DNA of 64,000 nucleotides from Candidatus Cryptobacteroides sp. Its GTDB lineage: Bacteria > Bacteroidota > Bacteroidia > Bacteroidales > UBA932. The notes beneath the pieces are model-generated. The model did no database searches. It had not been told where the DNA came from and was given only the letters and a program-made list of their open reading frames with translations. Both the position numbers and the translations under genes were made by a program. Below are positions 9,943 to 18,337 of this stretch, in pieces; the stretch's first letter is position 1, and each line of letters opens with the position of its first letter. Location of the stretch: positions 113 to 64,112 of the forward strand of contig JBGVAE010000093.1 in the NCBI GenBank assembly GCA_045224215.1, in the 5' to 3' direction.

Positions 9943-10991
9943 ATCTCCCTTACCAGATTCTTGTAATGCTTCGCTTCAGGGAATATCTCGGAGAGGTACT
10001 GGTCGATCAGGACGGCAGCGGCACGCGCATCGGCCAAGGTGTCCGGAAGAGTCTTGGGGCCGGTGGCAGCTCCGGCAAGGAATATTCCCGGATGAGGGCT
10101 TCTCTGACCGGAGACGATACCCTCCCTGACGGCGAAATAGCCATCATCCTCAACAGGCATTTCAAGCAGGTCCCCTACCCTGCGGCCTGCTTGCGAAGGA
10201 CGCATCCCGGCCATCAGGACCAGCAGGTCCAGGTTCACCTTCAAAGGCTTGCTGGCAACGGTGTCCTCCGCCTTGACCTGGAGGGATCCGTCCAGATTTT
10301 CTGCGACTTCCGCCACACGTCCGCGGATGAAGCGGATTCCATAATCCTTCTGGGCCCTCAGGTACATGTCTTCATAGTGGCGGCCGAAGAGCCTCAGGTC
10401 CATGTAGAAACAGAAGACGTCGGCATCCGGGAAGGCTTGCTTCATCTCGATGGCCTGCTTGACGGCAGTCGCGCAGCAAACCTTCGAGCAGGAACGGCAT
10501 CCGGACTTCTCGTCACGGGAGCCTACGCAATGGACGAAGCCGATCTTCTTCGGATTCTCGATCCTGCTGTCGAACTTGTTCCTGAAATATGCTTCAAGGT
10601 CGGCATTCGTGATCACCCGATCGTATATTCCGTAGCCATATTCCTCCTTCTTGGAAGCCTCGAACAGGTCGAAGCCGGTGGTCATGAGCACTGCATCGGC
10701 CAGTACGGTGATTCCGTTGGAAAGGATCACGTTATAGGATTTGTCCAAGCGGTTGATGGACTGGATTTCGGTGTCCAGGAAGTACTTCACGCCCTTGATC
10801 CGGTCGGTCATGGAACGGAGGGTGTCCTGGGCGGATACTCCTGTCGGAAAAAGGCGGTCCCACCTGGCCAGATGGCCACCGAGGACGGAAGCCCTCTCGA
10901 TCATTATCACATTGTAACCCAGTCGCTGGAGTTGAGCCGAGGCTTCCAGGCCGGCAGGTCCTGCGCCTACTATAAGTACGTTATTCTTCAT
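9936..10991 (-). CDS. hdrA: Short heterodisulfide reductase subunit A-like FAD/Fe-S protein
   Basis: VLIVGAGPAG FAD motif, ER..VLGGH, HCVGSRD...CSKVCC, DLRLFG, GIRFIRGRVAE, GIFLAG. No ferredoxin CxxCxxCxxxCP motifs. Confidence 0.88.
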   Translation of the reverse strand: MKNNVLIVGAGPAGLEASAQLQRLGYNVIMIERASVLGGHLARWDRLFPTGVSAQDTLRSMTDRIKGVKYFLDTEIQSINRLDKSYNVILSNGITVLADAVLMTTGFDLFEASKKEEYGYGIYDRVITNADLEAYFRNKFDSRIENPKKIGFVHCVGSRDEKSGCRSCSKVCCATAVKQAIEMKQAFPDADVFCFYMDLRLFGRHYEDMYLRAQKDYGIRFIRGRVAEVAENLDGSLQVKAEDTVASKPLKVNLDLLVLMAGMRPSQAGRRVGDLLEMPVEDDGYFAVREGIVSGQRSPHPGIFLAGAATGPKTLPDTLADARAAAVLIDQYLSEIFPEAKHYKNLVREIW

Positions 10992-10992
10992 A

Positions 10993-12057
10993 TCACTTCA
11001 AACATGTGCAAGGAAGAGGCTGGCCAATGTCCTTCCCTCCCTTGCCGAGGTATTTCTTGCTTGGATCGTATTCTATTCCCATCTTGTCCAGGAGAGGCTC
11101 CACTCCCACCTGGTGGGTCTGGAGGCCAAGGTCCCAAGGGTCGTAACCCATCACCAGACCGGCGAGCTCCTCGTACGTGAGCACCGGGATCCCATGACCA
11201 TTCTCTCCGTAGGTCTTGCCTGTGGATTCGGCAATCACATACTGCCACCTGTCCAGGAAATACGGGCATCCGGGGCAATTGGTGATGATGAGGTCCGGCT
11301 TGTAAGGCTCCATGCTTTCGAATTTCTTGTGGGTGTTCGACAGGGAATATCCCCTGTTCCCCTTAACGAAATACTGCCTGAAGCCGAAGCCGCAGCAATG
11401 ACGCCTCTCAGGATAGTCCACGATCTCCCCACCCCAGGCTTCGGCCATGCCGACGAGGACGTAGGGATATTCAGCACCACCGACTCCCTTGGAAGGGAAC
11501 ATCTTGGAGTAGTGGCAGCCGATGTGCTCCACTACACGGAGAGGCTCGCCAGTGTGGATGTTCACAAGTTTGTGGACGGCCTGCTGGGCTATGAGGTTGC
11601 GATACTTGTAGATAAGGTCGCTCGCGTGGATAAGGAACTTCGGCTTGGCGAATTCCAGCTTGCAGGTCTTCCATAGGTTTTCCCTTATCTTCGCCTCCAG
11701 TTCCGGGTATTCACGCCAGGTCTCCATCGTCTCGCAGTAGAGGCCGAAGGACGTTATGCAGGAACAAACATAGTTCTCATAACCGTTCTTAGCCATCAGG
11801 GCGAACTGGCGGGCGATGATGGTCATCACCGTTTCCTGCGGGATGGTGTCGCTGTGATAGGCTATTCCTCCACAGGTAGTGTGATGCTCCGTCTCGAATA
11901 TATCTTTCCCCAGACGGTTCCTGGTAATGTCCAGGAAAGTCGCTTCGGACGCGGGGAAGAAACTCTGCCTGATGCAGCTGCGGACATAGAAATAATGGTC
12001 GTCAGGGATTTCTTTCTGGTAGTCGGACCAGATCTTCTGTTTTCCTTCGTATATCAT
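10993..12057 (-). CDS. hdrB: Heterodisulfide reductase subunit B-like (CCG domains)
   Basis: RSCIR..TTCGG..CSCITS and HIGCH..HCCGFG..NCPGC cysteine pattern. Confidence 0.88.
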   Translation of the reverse strand: MIYEGKQKIWSDYQKEIPDDHYFYVRSCIRQSFFPASEATFLDITRNRLGKDIFETEHHTTCGGIAYHSDTIPQETVMTIIARQFALMAKNGYENYVCSCITSFGLYCETMETWREYPELEAKIRENLWKTCKLEFAKPKFLIHASDLIYKYRNLIAQQAVHKLVNIHTGEPLRVVEHIGCHYSKMFPSKGVGGAEYPYVLVGMAEAWGGEIVDYPERRHCCGFGFRQYFVKGNRGYSLSNTHKKFESMEPYKPDLIITNCPGCPYFLDRWQYVIAESTGKTYGENGHGIPVLTYEELAGLVMGYDPWDLGLQTHQVGVEPLLDKMGIEYDPSKKYLGKGGKDIGQPLPCTCLK

Positions 12058-12060
12058 CTG

Positions 12061-12756
12061 CTAATGATTCAAATGTTTTGGGTCACTGGTATTGTAAACC
12101 ATGCCGATGAATTCCTCCTCGGTCATTCCGAGTTCGGCAGCCTTCCTGAGGCCGGCCGCTCGGACCTTCTCCATCCTTTCGGTCGCACCGGTCTCGTCGA
12201 AGATCGCCTTGAGCTGGTCGAGGTCTTCCTGCGGGATGCGCCGCATTGCTCCCGGCCCAGGGCCGTCCAGGTTGCCTCCCAGACGTTCAAAGACATCATC
12301 CAGATGCTTTTCTTCCCATTCCCATACCTTCCCGGCTTCAGGATGGCCATCGTAGCCGAAACGGCGCGGGTAGACGCAGTAGCCATATTCAAGGACATTG
12401 GAGCACAAGTCCTTGGTGAGCAGGAACTGCTGGCGCCCTTTCTCGGAGTCTATGAAATACCCTAGTTCTATGGAAAGGTTGCGCAGGGCCATGATCACCA
12501 GGCCGGCGGCATTCTTTCTCGGACACCTGGTCACGCAGCTCATGCACTCGCCGCAATACCAGATCGTGTCGCTCTTGAGGAGTCTCTCTATTTCCGCTTC
12601 ATCCTTGCTCTGCACTATGTCTACGATCCGGCGGGGATCATAGCGGTAGAACTCCGCGGCAGGACAGACCGCAGTGCAGGTGCCGCAGTTGATGCACGCA
12701 TTGAGGCCTTCCTTCAGGCGGTAATCCTTCATCAGGAGGTCGTATAACTTACCCAT
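12061..12756 (-). CDS. hdrC: Heterodisulfide reductase subunit C-like
   Basis: CINCGTCTAVCP and IWYCGECMSCVTRCPR; directly upstream of the hdrB-like gene. Confidence 0.88.
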   Translation of the reverse strand: MGKLYDLLMKDYRLKEGLNACINCGTCTAVCPAAEFYRYDPRRIVDIVQSKDEAEIERLLKSDTIWYCGECMSCVTRCPRKNAAGLVIMALRNLSIELGYFIDSEKGRQQFLLTKDLCSNVLEYGYCVYPRRFGYDGHPEAGKVWEWEEKHLDDVFERLGGNLDGPGPGAMRRIPQEDLDQLKAIFDETGATERMEKVRAAGLRKAAELGMTEEEFIGMVYNTSDPKHLNH

Positions 12757-13234
12757 TGTTCTGCTTGTTTAGAGGGTACTTCCTGGCAAGTTCTTCAAGG
12801 TCGCTTCCAGGATTCATGTTCTTTTCCATCTTGGTAAGGGTGGCGACGAAGCCTTCGAGTTCCTCCTTAGGAATGCCGCCTATTATCTTGCCGACAGAAG
12901 AATATGCCAGCCTTGTGACCTTGTCCCGTATGGTCAGGGAATACGGAGTGACCTTTATGAGATTCTGCCGGCGGTCGTCAGGGTTGACGACACGTCTGAC
13001 CAGTTTCCTTGCTTCGAGACCGTCAATCAGCTTGACTATCGAATTCTTGTCCCTCAAGGTGATGTCGGCGATCTGCTGCTGGCTCAGGACCCCTTCCATC
13101 CAGAGGGTGTCTATCACGAGGAACTGTTCCGGGGTGAGATTGTATCCCCCGTTCTTGAATTCATCCGTCATGCACTGTTTCACGTTACTGTGCACGATGT
13201 TCATGAACAGGATGATCTGTTTCTCTAGTACCAT
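12749..13234 (-). CDS. MarR family transcriptional regulator
   Basis: LTPEQFLVI, LSQQQIA, IVKLIDGLEARKLVRR..PDDRRQNLIKVT winged-helix signature. Confidence 0.9.
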   Translation of the reverse strand: MVLEKQIILFMNIVHSNVKQCMTDEFKNGGYNLTPEQFLVIDTLWMEGVLSQQQIADITLRDKNSIVKLIDGLEARKLVRRVVNPDDRRQNLIKVTPYSLTIRDKVTRLAYSSVGKIIGGIPKEELEGFVATLTKMEKNMNPGSDLEELARKYPLNKQNNG

Positions 13235-13239
13235 GTTTT

Positions 13240-13293
13240 ATTGTAATACCTTTTACTATTTACAAAAGTAATACAATATGATGAATGGTGCAA
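13240..13293 (-). promoter_or_regulatory. Promoter of the marR-hdr operon with an overlapping imperfect inverted repeat (candidate MarR operator)
   Basis: Minus-strand TACTTTTG (-7) at 13263-13270 and TTG at 13291-13293 with a 20-nt spacer; ATTGTAATACCTTTT (13240-13254) and AAAAGTAATACAAT (13264-13277) form an imperfect inverted repeat. Confidence 0.6.
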
Positions 13294-13300
13294 GTATTTG

Positions 13301-14251
13301 TTAACGGAATTTCTTGTCCTCTACGAGCATACCCAGATAGGAATTGTATCGCTCGGGTGAGATAATCCCCTGCTCCACAGCCTCTTTTACGGCACATCCC
13401 GGTTCATGGGTATGCGTGCATGGAGTGAAGCGGCAGTTTCTGGAAGCCTTTAGCATCTCCGGGAAATACAAGGCGACTTCTTCTTTCTTTAGATCCACAA
13501 GGCCGAATCCCCTCAGGCCGGGAGAATCGATCAGGAAACCTCCGGAAGAGATAGGATACATCTCATAAAGGGAAGTCGTGTGCTTGCCTTGCAGGTGTGC
13601 AAGCGATATGTCCCCGACCTTCGGATCGAGAGATGGGTCCAAAGCCTTGATTATGGAAGATTTGCCGACCCCGGACTCGCCTGAGAAAAGGCACACGCGT
13701 CCCTCTTCAGGGGAACCGGTGGCAACCCGAAGGGCATCTATTCCCTCTCCCGTAAGGGCGGATGTCTCAATCACCTGATAGCCTGCTCCTTCGTAAATCC
13801 TATGGAAAGCTTCAAGCTCTTCCGGGAACTCTTCCTTGAATATGTCCAGCTTGTTGAGAACGATGGTGGCCGGTATGCCATAGACCTCGCAGGTGACCAG
13901 AAGACGGTCCAGGAAAGGAAGCTTTATCTCGGGGAAATACAATGTCACAACGAGGAAGGCCCTGTCCAGGTTCGCTGCGATCACGTGAGCCTGCCTGGAG
14001 AGGTTGGTGGAGCGGCGGATGAGGTAGTTCTTCCGCTCGAGGACCTTGACAATGGAAGCCGGGTGTTCGAGGGAGGGCTCCCGGGAAGCCTCATAGGTAA
14101 CCCGGTCTCCGACTGCGACGGGATTGGTGGCTTCGCTTCCGGAAAGGCGCACCTTGCCTTTCAAGACCGCAGGGAAAGGCTTCCACTGCGGTAGTTCGGA
14201 CAGCAGGAAATGGCTGCCCGCATTCTTGACAACTGTTGCTTCTCCGGTCAT
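13301..14251 (-). CDS. rsgA: Ribosome small subunit-dependent GTPase A
   Basis: AVGDRV, IAANLD, LNKLD, SGESGVGKSS, GKHTT, IDSPG, CRFTPCTHTHEPGC zinc motif. Confidence 0.95.
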   Translation of the reverse strand: MTGEATVVKNAGSHFLLSELPQWKPFPAVLKGKVRLSGSEATNPVAVGDRVTYEASREPSLEHPASIVKVLERKNYLIRRSTNLSRQAHVIAANLDRAFLVVTLYFPEIKLPFLDRLLVTCEVYGIPATIVLNKLDIFKEEFPEELEAFHRIYEGAGYQVIETSALTGEGIDALRVATGSPEEGRVCLFSGESGVGKSSIIKALDPSLDPKVGDISLAHLQGKHTTSLYEMYPISSGGFLIDSPGLRGFGLVDLKKEEVALYFPEMLKASRNCRFTPCTHTHEPGCAVKEAVEQGIISPERYNSYLGMLVEDKKFR

Positions 14252-14320
14252 CCCGATGGCAAATTTACCAAAAATGACTATATTTACAAGACTGAAAACA
14301 TAACTTCCATCAAACTGAAC

Positions 14321-15304
14321 ATGGTAAGACAGGAAACCATCGATGCTGCCATACGGAACCTATTCAAGGACATTAAGTTTCCTTCCGAACCGGCAGGACT
14401 CTACGACCCACTCGGATACATGATAGCCATAGGCGGGAAAAGGCTCCGCCCAAAGCTTTGCCTGACGACATATTCACTGTACAAGGACAGTTTCGACGAG
14501 GGAATCCTGGAGCCTGCCGCAGGATTGGAGGTTTTCCACAGCTTCACCCTCATCCACGATGACATAATGGACCGTTCCGAGCTGAGGCGCGGAGTGGACA
14601 CCGTCTGGAAGAAATGGAATCCGGACACTGCGATCCTGTCCGGTGACGTGATGTGCATAGACAGCTATTCAAGGATAGCCAAATGCCCAGCAGCTTCATT
14701 ACCGGAAGTATTGGCCCTCTTTTCCAAGACTGCTGCGGAAGTCTGCGAAGGGCAGCAGTATGACATGGATTTCGAGAGCAGGGAGACTGTCAGCATGGAA
14801 GAATACACTAGGATGATCGGTCTTAAGACCGGTGTCCTCATTGCTTGTTCGGCAAAGATGGGCGCCTTGATCGCAGGAGCTCTGAAGAAGGATTGCGACA
14901 GCATTTATGACTACGGCTACTCCCTCGGCCTGGCTTTCCAGGTGGCGGACGATTACCTGGATGCCTTCGGAGACGAGAAGGTTTTCGGCAAGCCGATCGG
15001 AGGGGACATCCTGAACGAAAAGAAGAGCTGGCTCACGATAAGGGCTTGTGAGAAGGCGTCGGAGGAGGAACGCAAGGAATTGCTTGAGGCATTCACCTCC
15101 GCGGCGGGAACCCAGGAAGAGAAGGCTGCAAAGATCGCCCGCGTCAAGGAGATGTACATCCGCCTGGGGGTCGGCGAGGATGCCCAGGAAATGATCCGTG
15201 AATATACGAGGATCGCCCTCAGGCACGCAGCAAAAGCGTGTGAGGGCGTCCGTTTCGAAACTCTGAGGAGGTTCGCCGACAAGCTGGTCGGAAGGACCAG
15301 CTGA
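14321..15304 (+). CDS. Polyprenyl diphosphate synthase family protein
   Basis: GGKRLRP, HDDIMDRSELRRG, CEGQQYD, KTG, FQVADDYLD, GGDILNEKK. Start ATG 14321 (ORF track 14210). Confidence 0.92.
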   Translation: MVRQETIDAAIRNLFKDIKFPSEPAGLYDPLGYMIAIGGKRLRPKLCLTTYSLYKDSFDEGILEPAAGLEVFHSFTLIHDDIMDRSELRRGVDTVWKKWNPDTAILSGDVMCIDSYSRIAKCPAASLPEVLALFSKTAAEVCEGQQYDMDFESRETVSMEEYTRMIGLKTGVLIACSAKMGALIAGALKKDCDSIYDYGYSLGLAFQVADDYLDAFGDEKVFGKPIGGDILNEKKSWLTIRACEKASEEERKELLEAFTSAAGTQEEKAAKIARVKEMYIRLGVGEDAQEMIREYTRIALRHAAKACEGVRFETLRRFADKLVGRTS

Positions 15305-15307
15305 CGG

Positions 15308-18300
15308 CTACCTGTAATCCACTACAATGGCTGAGCAAGGACCGACTACAGTAGAATCGGTCACGGTCATCATTTCTCCGGTAATCACATTCTTCCCTTC
15401 TCCAAGGTCTGAAGCGATTTCCGCATAATGTGACCAAGGGACGGTCTTCTCGTCCAGGGAGTTGTTTATGAAAACGAATACCTTCCCTGTTTCATTGTAA
15501 CGGAAGAACGCATAGGTGTTGTCCCTTGTGAGGAAATGCATGGTCTTTCCGTTATGGATGACGTCGTTGTCCTTCCTCCATCGGAATAGATTGGCTGCAT
15601 AGTCGTGAAGATCGGCATCAGTCCCCTGCCTGCCTTCTTCTGAGAAGAGATTCTTAGCGTCTCCCTTCCATCCGCCCGGGAAGTCCATCCTGAGCTCGCC
15701 GTCGCTCTTGTAGTTCTTGCCGGTTGCGAACATCATCTCGTCGCCATAGAAAAGCTGCGGGATGCCACGGACGGTGGCCAGGAGAGTGTATGCAAGCTTC
15801 ATCTTGTCAGGATCCTGGTGCCATGAATCAGCCACACGGTAGTGGTCATGATTGGAGAGGAAGATCATCATCTTGGATATGTCGTGGTAGGTGGCATCGT
15901 GGGACAGGGCATTGTAGACCCTCATCATTCCATTATCCCAGCCTGCCTCATTCTCGCAGAGGGCTGCGTTGATGGCCGACTGGAGAGCGAAGTCCATGAT
16001 TGAAGGAAGGTTGGAGTCGAATCCGTCCGGATTGGCATTGCCGCCCTGCCAGTAGGCAACCTGGTCGTAGTTTACGTCCCAGCATTCCCCTACTATGTTG
16101 AAGTCAGGGTATTCGTTCAGCACGGCTGCGCACCACTTGCTCATCGGTACCTTCTCGTTGTATGGATAGGTGTCCACTCGTAGACCGTCAAGGCCGGAAT
16201 ACTCGGCCCACCAGATGGCCCACTGCTGGAAATACTTGAGCAAGAATTCGTTGTCAAGGTTCATATCGGGCATCGAAGGGACGAACCAGCCGCTTTCCTG
16301 GAGGTTCAGGTCGTACTTCGAGGCATTCGGGTCCATGAGGGTGGAGAACTGGAAGTTGGAGCCTGTATATTCAGGGAACTGGTGGATCCAGTCATTGAAA
16401 GGAAGGTCCTCCATCCACCAGTGGGCGGTGCCGCAATGGTTGGTCACGATGTCCATAATAACCTTCAGGCCCTTCTCATGTGCCTTCTTCACATATTCCT
16501 TGAAAAGGGAGTTGCTGCCGAAGCGAGGATCGATCTTGTAATAGTCGCCGCAGGCGTAGCCATGATAGGACTCGTGTTCCTGGTCATCAAGGAGGAGCGG
16601 GGTGCACCAGATCGCAGTGGCACCGAGGTCGGCGATGTAGTCGAGATGGTCGATGATTCCCTGGAGGTCACCTCCATGGCGGCCGAAAGGTTCGTTCCTG
16701 GCAGCCTTTTCCTGGGTGTCAAGCGTATTGTCGTTGCCTGGGTCTGCATTGGCGAAACGGTCGGGACAGATGAGATAGATGAAGTCGGAGGTTGTAAAAC
16801 TCTGCCTTGAAGCCGAGCCTTCTTCCCTGGCCGAAATCTTGTAAGGCCACCTGAAGGATTCCGTTCCATTAGTGAACACAAGGTCGTAAATCCCTGGCTT
16901 GACGGAGTTTCCAATGGTAACATCGACAAAAAGATAGTTAGGGCTTTCGGCCTTCTGGACCTTGGCAACCTTAAGGCCGGCTCCTTCAATCGCTACATCA
17001 TATTCCGAGATGTTTTCGCCATGGATAAGGAGCTGAAGGTCTGTCTTCATTCCGGTCCACCAGCAAGGCGGCTCAACCTGGGAGATCCTGGATTCAGGAA
17101 CGGTGATGCTCCAGTTCCAAGGGGATTTAAGGCCGACGCAGACCTTCACGGTGTCGCCTTCGAGGAATCTGTTGAAGGTGAAGACGCTGTCATTGGCAGC
17201 AAGGATCTCTATCGCCTCGTTGTCGCTTCTCAGGGCCTTGTGGGAATGCTTCAGGGAGGCAAGATAGGAATAGAAGTCCGTGGTCGCATTGTGATGCCAG
17301 TCCGGCATAGGATCTTTCTCGAAGAACTCGAAGCGATGGTCCAGGCCGACTTCCTGTCCGGTGTAGATGAGCGGCTGGGAGCCAGGGAGGGTCCAGCAGA
17401 GTACGCTCATGGCCTGCCAGGCATCGCCCATCCTTTCATACTCGGTGCCGTTCCAGGAATTCTCGTCGTGGTTGGAGGTGAACATGAGGCGGTGTGCGTT
17501 GCCATATTCCTTTGCATTCCAGGAGAGATAACTTGCGAGGCTGTCCCCGGTAGCCTTCCCCTGGGCAAGGTCGTTCAGAAGATGATGGAGCTTCCAGGCG
17601 TAGGTGCAGTCGAAGCCGGCTTCATGGAGGAAGGTTTCTTCTCCTTCAGCAAGGAAGAAGAGCTGCCTTGGATAATCCTTGCGGAACGCGCTGAAGGCAT
17701 CGGCCCAGAAGTCCTGCGGGACCTGGAAGGCCACGTCGCAGCGGAATCCGTCGATGCCGCGGTCCAGCCAAAAACGCATGCTGGAGACCATCGCGGCACG
17801 CATGTCTTGATTGGAATAATTCAATTTTGCAATATCTGTCCAGTCGTACTCCACCACTGTCTTTCCGGTGATGGAATCGCGGACATACCAGCTTGGGTCC
17901 TTCCCGGTGACCCATGGATGGTCCGGAGAGGTGTGGTTAGCCACCCAGTCCAGGATCACCTTGAGTCCAAGACCATGGGCCGTTTCAAGGAAATGGTCAA
18001 AGTCGCTGAGCGTTCCGAATTCAGGATTCACGTCGCAATAGTCCTTGATGGCATAATAAGAACCAAGGGTTCCTTTGCGGCCTTCTTCTCCGATAGGATA
18101 GATAGGCATGAGCCAGACCACGTCCACACCGAGTTCCTTCAGTTCCGGAAGTTTCTTCTCGGCTGCGGCGAAGGTGCCTTCGGCGGTTGCCTGCCTGGTG
18201 TTGAGTTCATAGATAACGGCTTCAGCCGTCCAGTCATCACCCGCTACGGGAGATTGAGACTGATTCTGTTCCACGGCCTTCGGCTTGCAAGCGAAGACGG

Positions 18301-18337
18301 CCAGGAGGATGGCTGATAGTGCAAGTGTACGTTTCAT
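15308..18337 (-). CDS. Lipoprotein with two tandem GH13 domains (alpha-amylase-like + SusA/neopullulanase-like)
   Basis: Lipobox LAVFAC. Domain 1 has GFRCDVA / LAEGE / SNHDE. Domain 2 starts VEPPCWWTGM (cyclomaltodextrinase N domain) and has GLRVDTY / VGECW / SNHDH. Confidence 0.88.
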   Translation of the reverse strand: MKRTLALSAILLAVFACKPKAVEQNQSQSPVAGDDWTAEAVIYELNTRQATAEGTFAAAEKKLPELKELGVDVVWLMPIYPIGEEGRKGTLGSYYAIKDYCDVNPEFGTLSDFDHFLETAHGLGLKVILDWVANHTSPDHPWVTGKDPSWYVRDSITGKTVVEYDWTDIAKLNYSNQDMRAAMVSSMRFWLDRGIDGFRCDVAFQVPQDFWADAFSAFRKDYPRQLFFLAEGEETFLHEAGFDCTYAWKLHHLLNDLAQGKATGDSLASYLSWNAKEYGNAHRLMFTSNHDENSWNGTEYERMGDAWQAMSVLCWTLPGSQPLIYTGQEVGLDHRFEFFEKDPMPDWHHNATTDFYSYLASLKHSHKALRSDNEAIEILAANDSVFTFNRFLEGDTVKVCVGLKSPWNWSITVPESRISQVEPPCWWTGMKTDLQLLIHGENISEYDVAIEGAGLKVAKVQKAESPNYLFVDVTIGNSVKPGIYDLVFTNGTESFRWPYKISAREEGSASRQSFTTSDFIYLICPDRFANADPGNDNTLDTQEKAARNEPFGRHGGDLQGIIDHLDYIADLGATAIWCTPLLLDDQEHESYHGYACGDYYKIDPRFGSNSLFKEYVKKAHEKGLKVIMDIVTNHCGTAHWWMEDLPFNDWIHQFPEYTGSNFQFSTLMDPNASKYDLNLQESGWFVPSMPDMNLDNEFLLKYFQQWAIWWAEYSGLDGLRVDTYPYNEKVPMSKWCAAVLNEYPDFNIVGECWDVNYDQVAYWQGGNANPDGFDSNLPSIMDFALQSAINAALCENEAGWDNGMMRVYNALSHDATYHDISKMMIFLSNHDHYRVADSWHQDPDKMKLAYTLLATVRGIPQLFYGDEMMFATGKNYKSDGELRMDFPGGWKGDAKNLFSEEGRQGTDADLHDYAANLFRWRKDNDVIHNGKTMHFLTRDNTYAFFRYNETGKVFVFINNSLDEKTVPWSHYAEIASDLGEGKNVITGEMMTVTDSTVVGPCSAIVVDYR

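Noticed and set aside
9753-11180. 475-aa plus-strand ORF, and similar long ORFs at 5132-6346, 17021-18316, 35093-36151, 41721-42605 and 57891-59003
   Set aside because: All lie antisense to or overlap well-supported genes and show no recognisable motifs; expected shadow ORFs in GC-rich coding DNA.
7682-12756. Selenocysteine or recoding in the Hdr-like genes
   Set aside because: All ORFs are uninterrupted and the expected cluster ligands are ordinary Cys.
14321-15304. Polyprenyl synthase as a dedicated quinone supplier for the hdr cluster
   Set aside because: Separated by rsgA, on the opposite strand, and a housekeeping family; proximity alone is not evidence.
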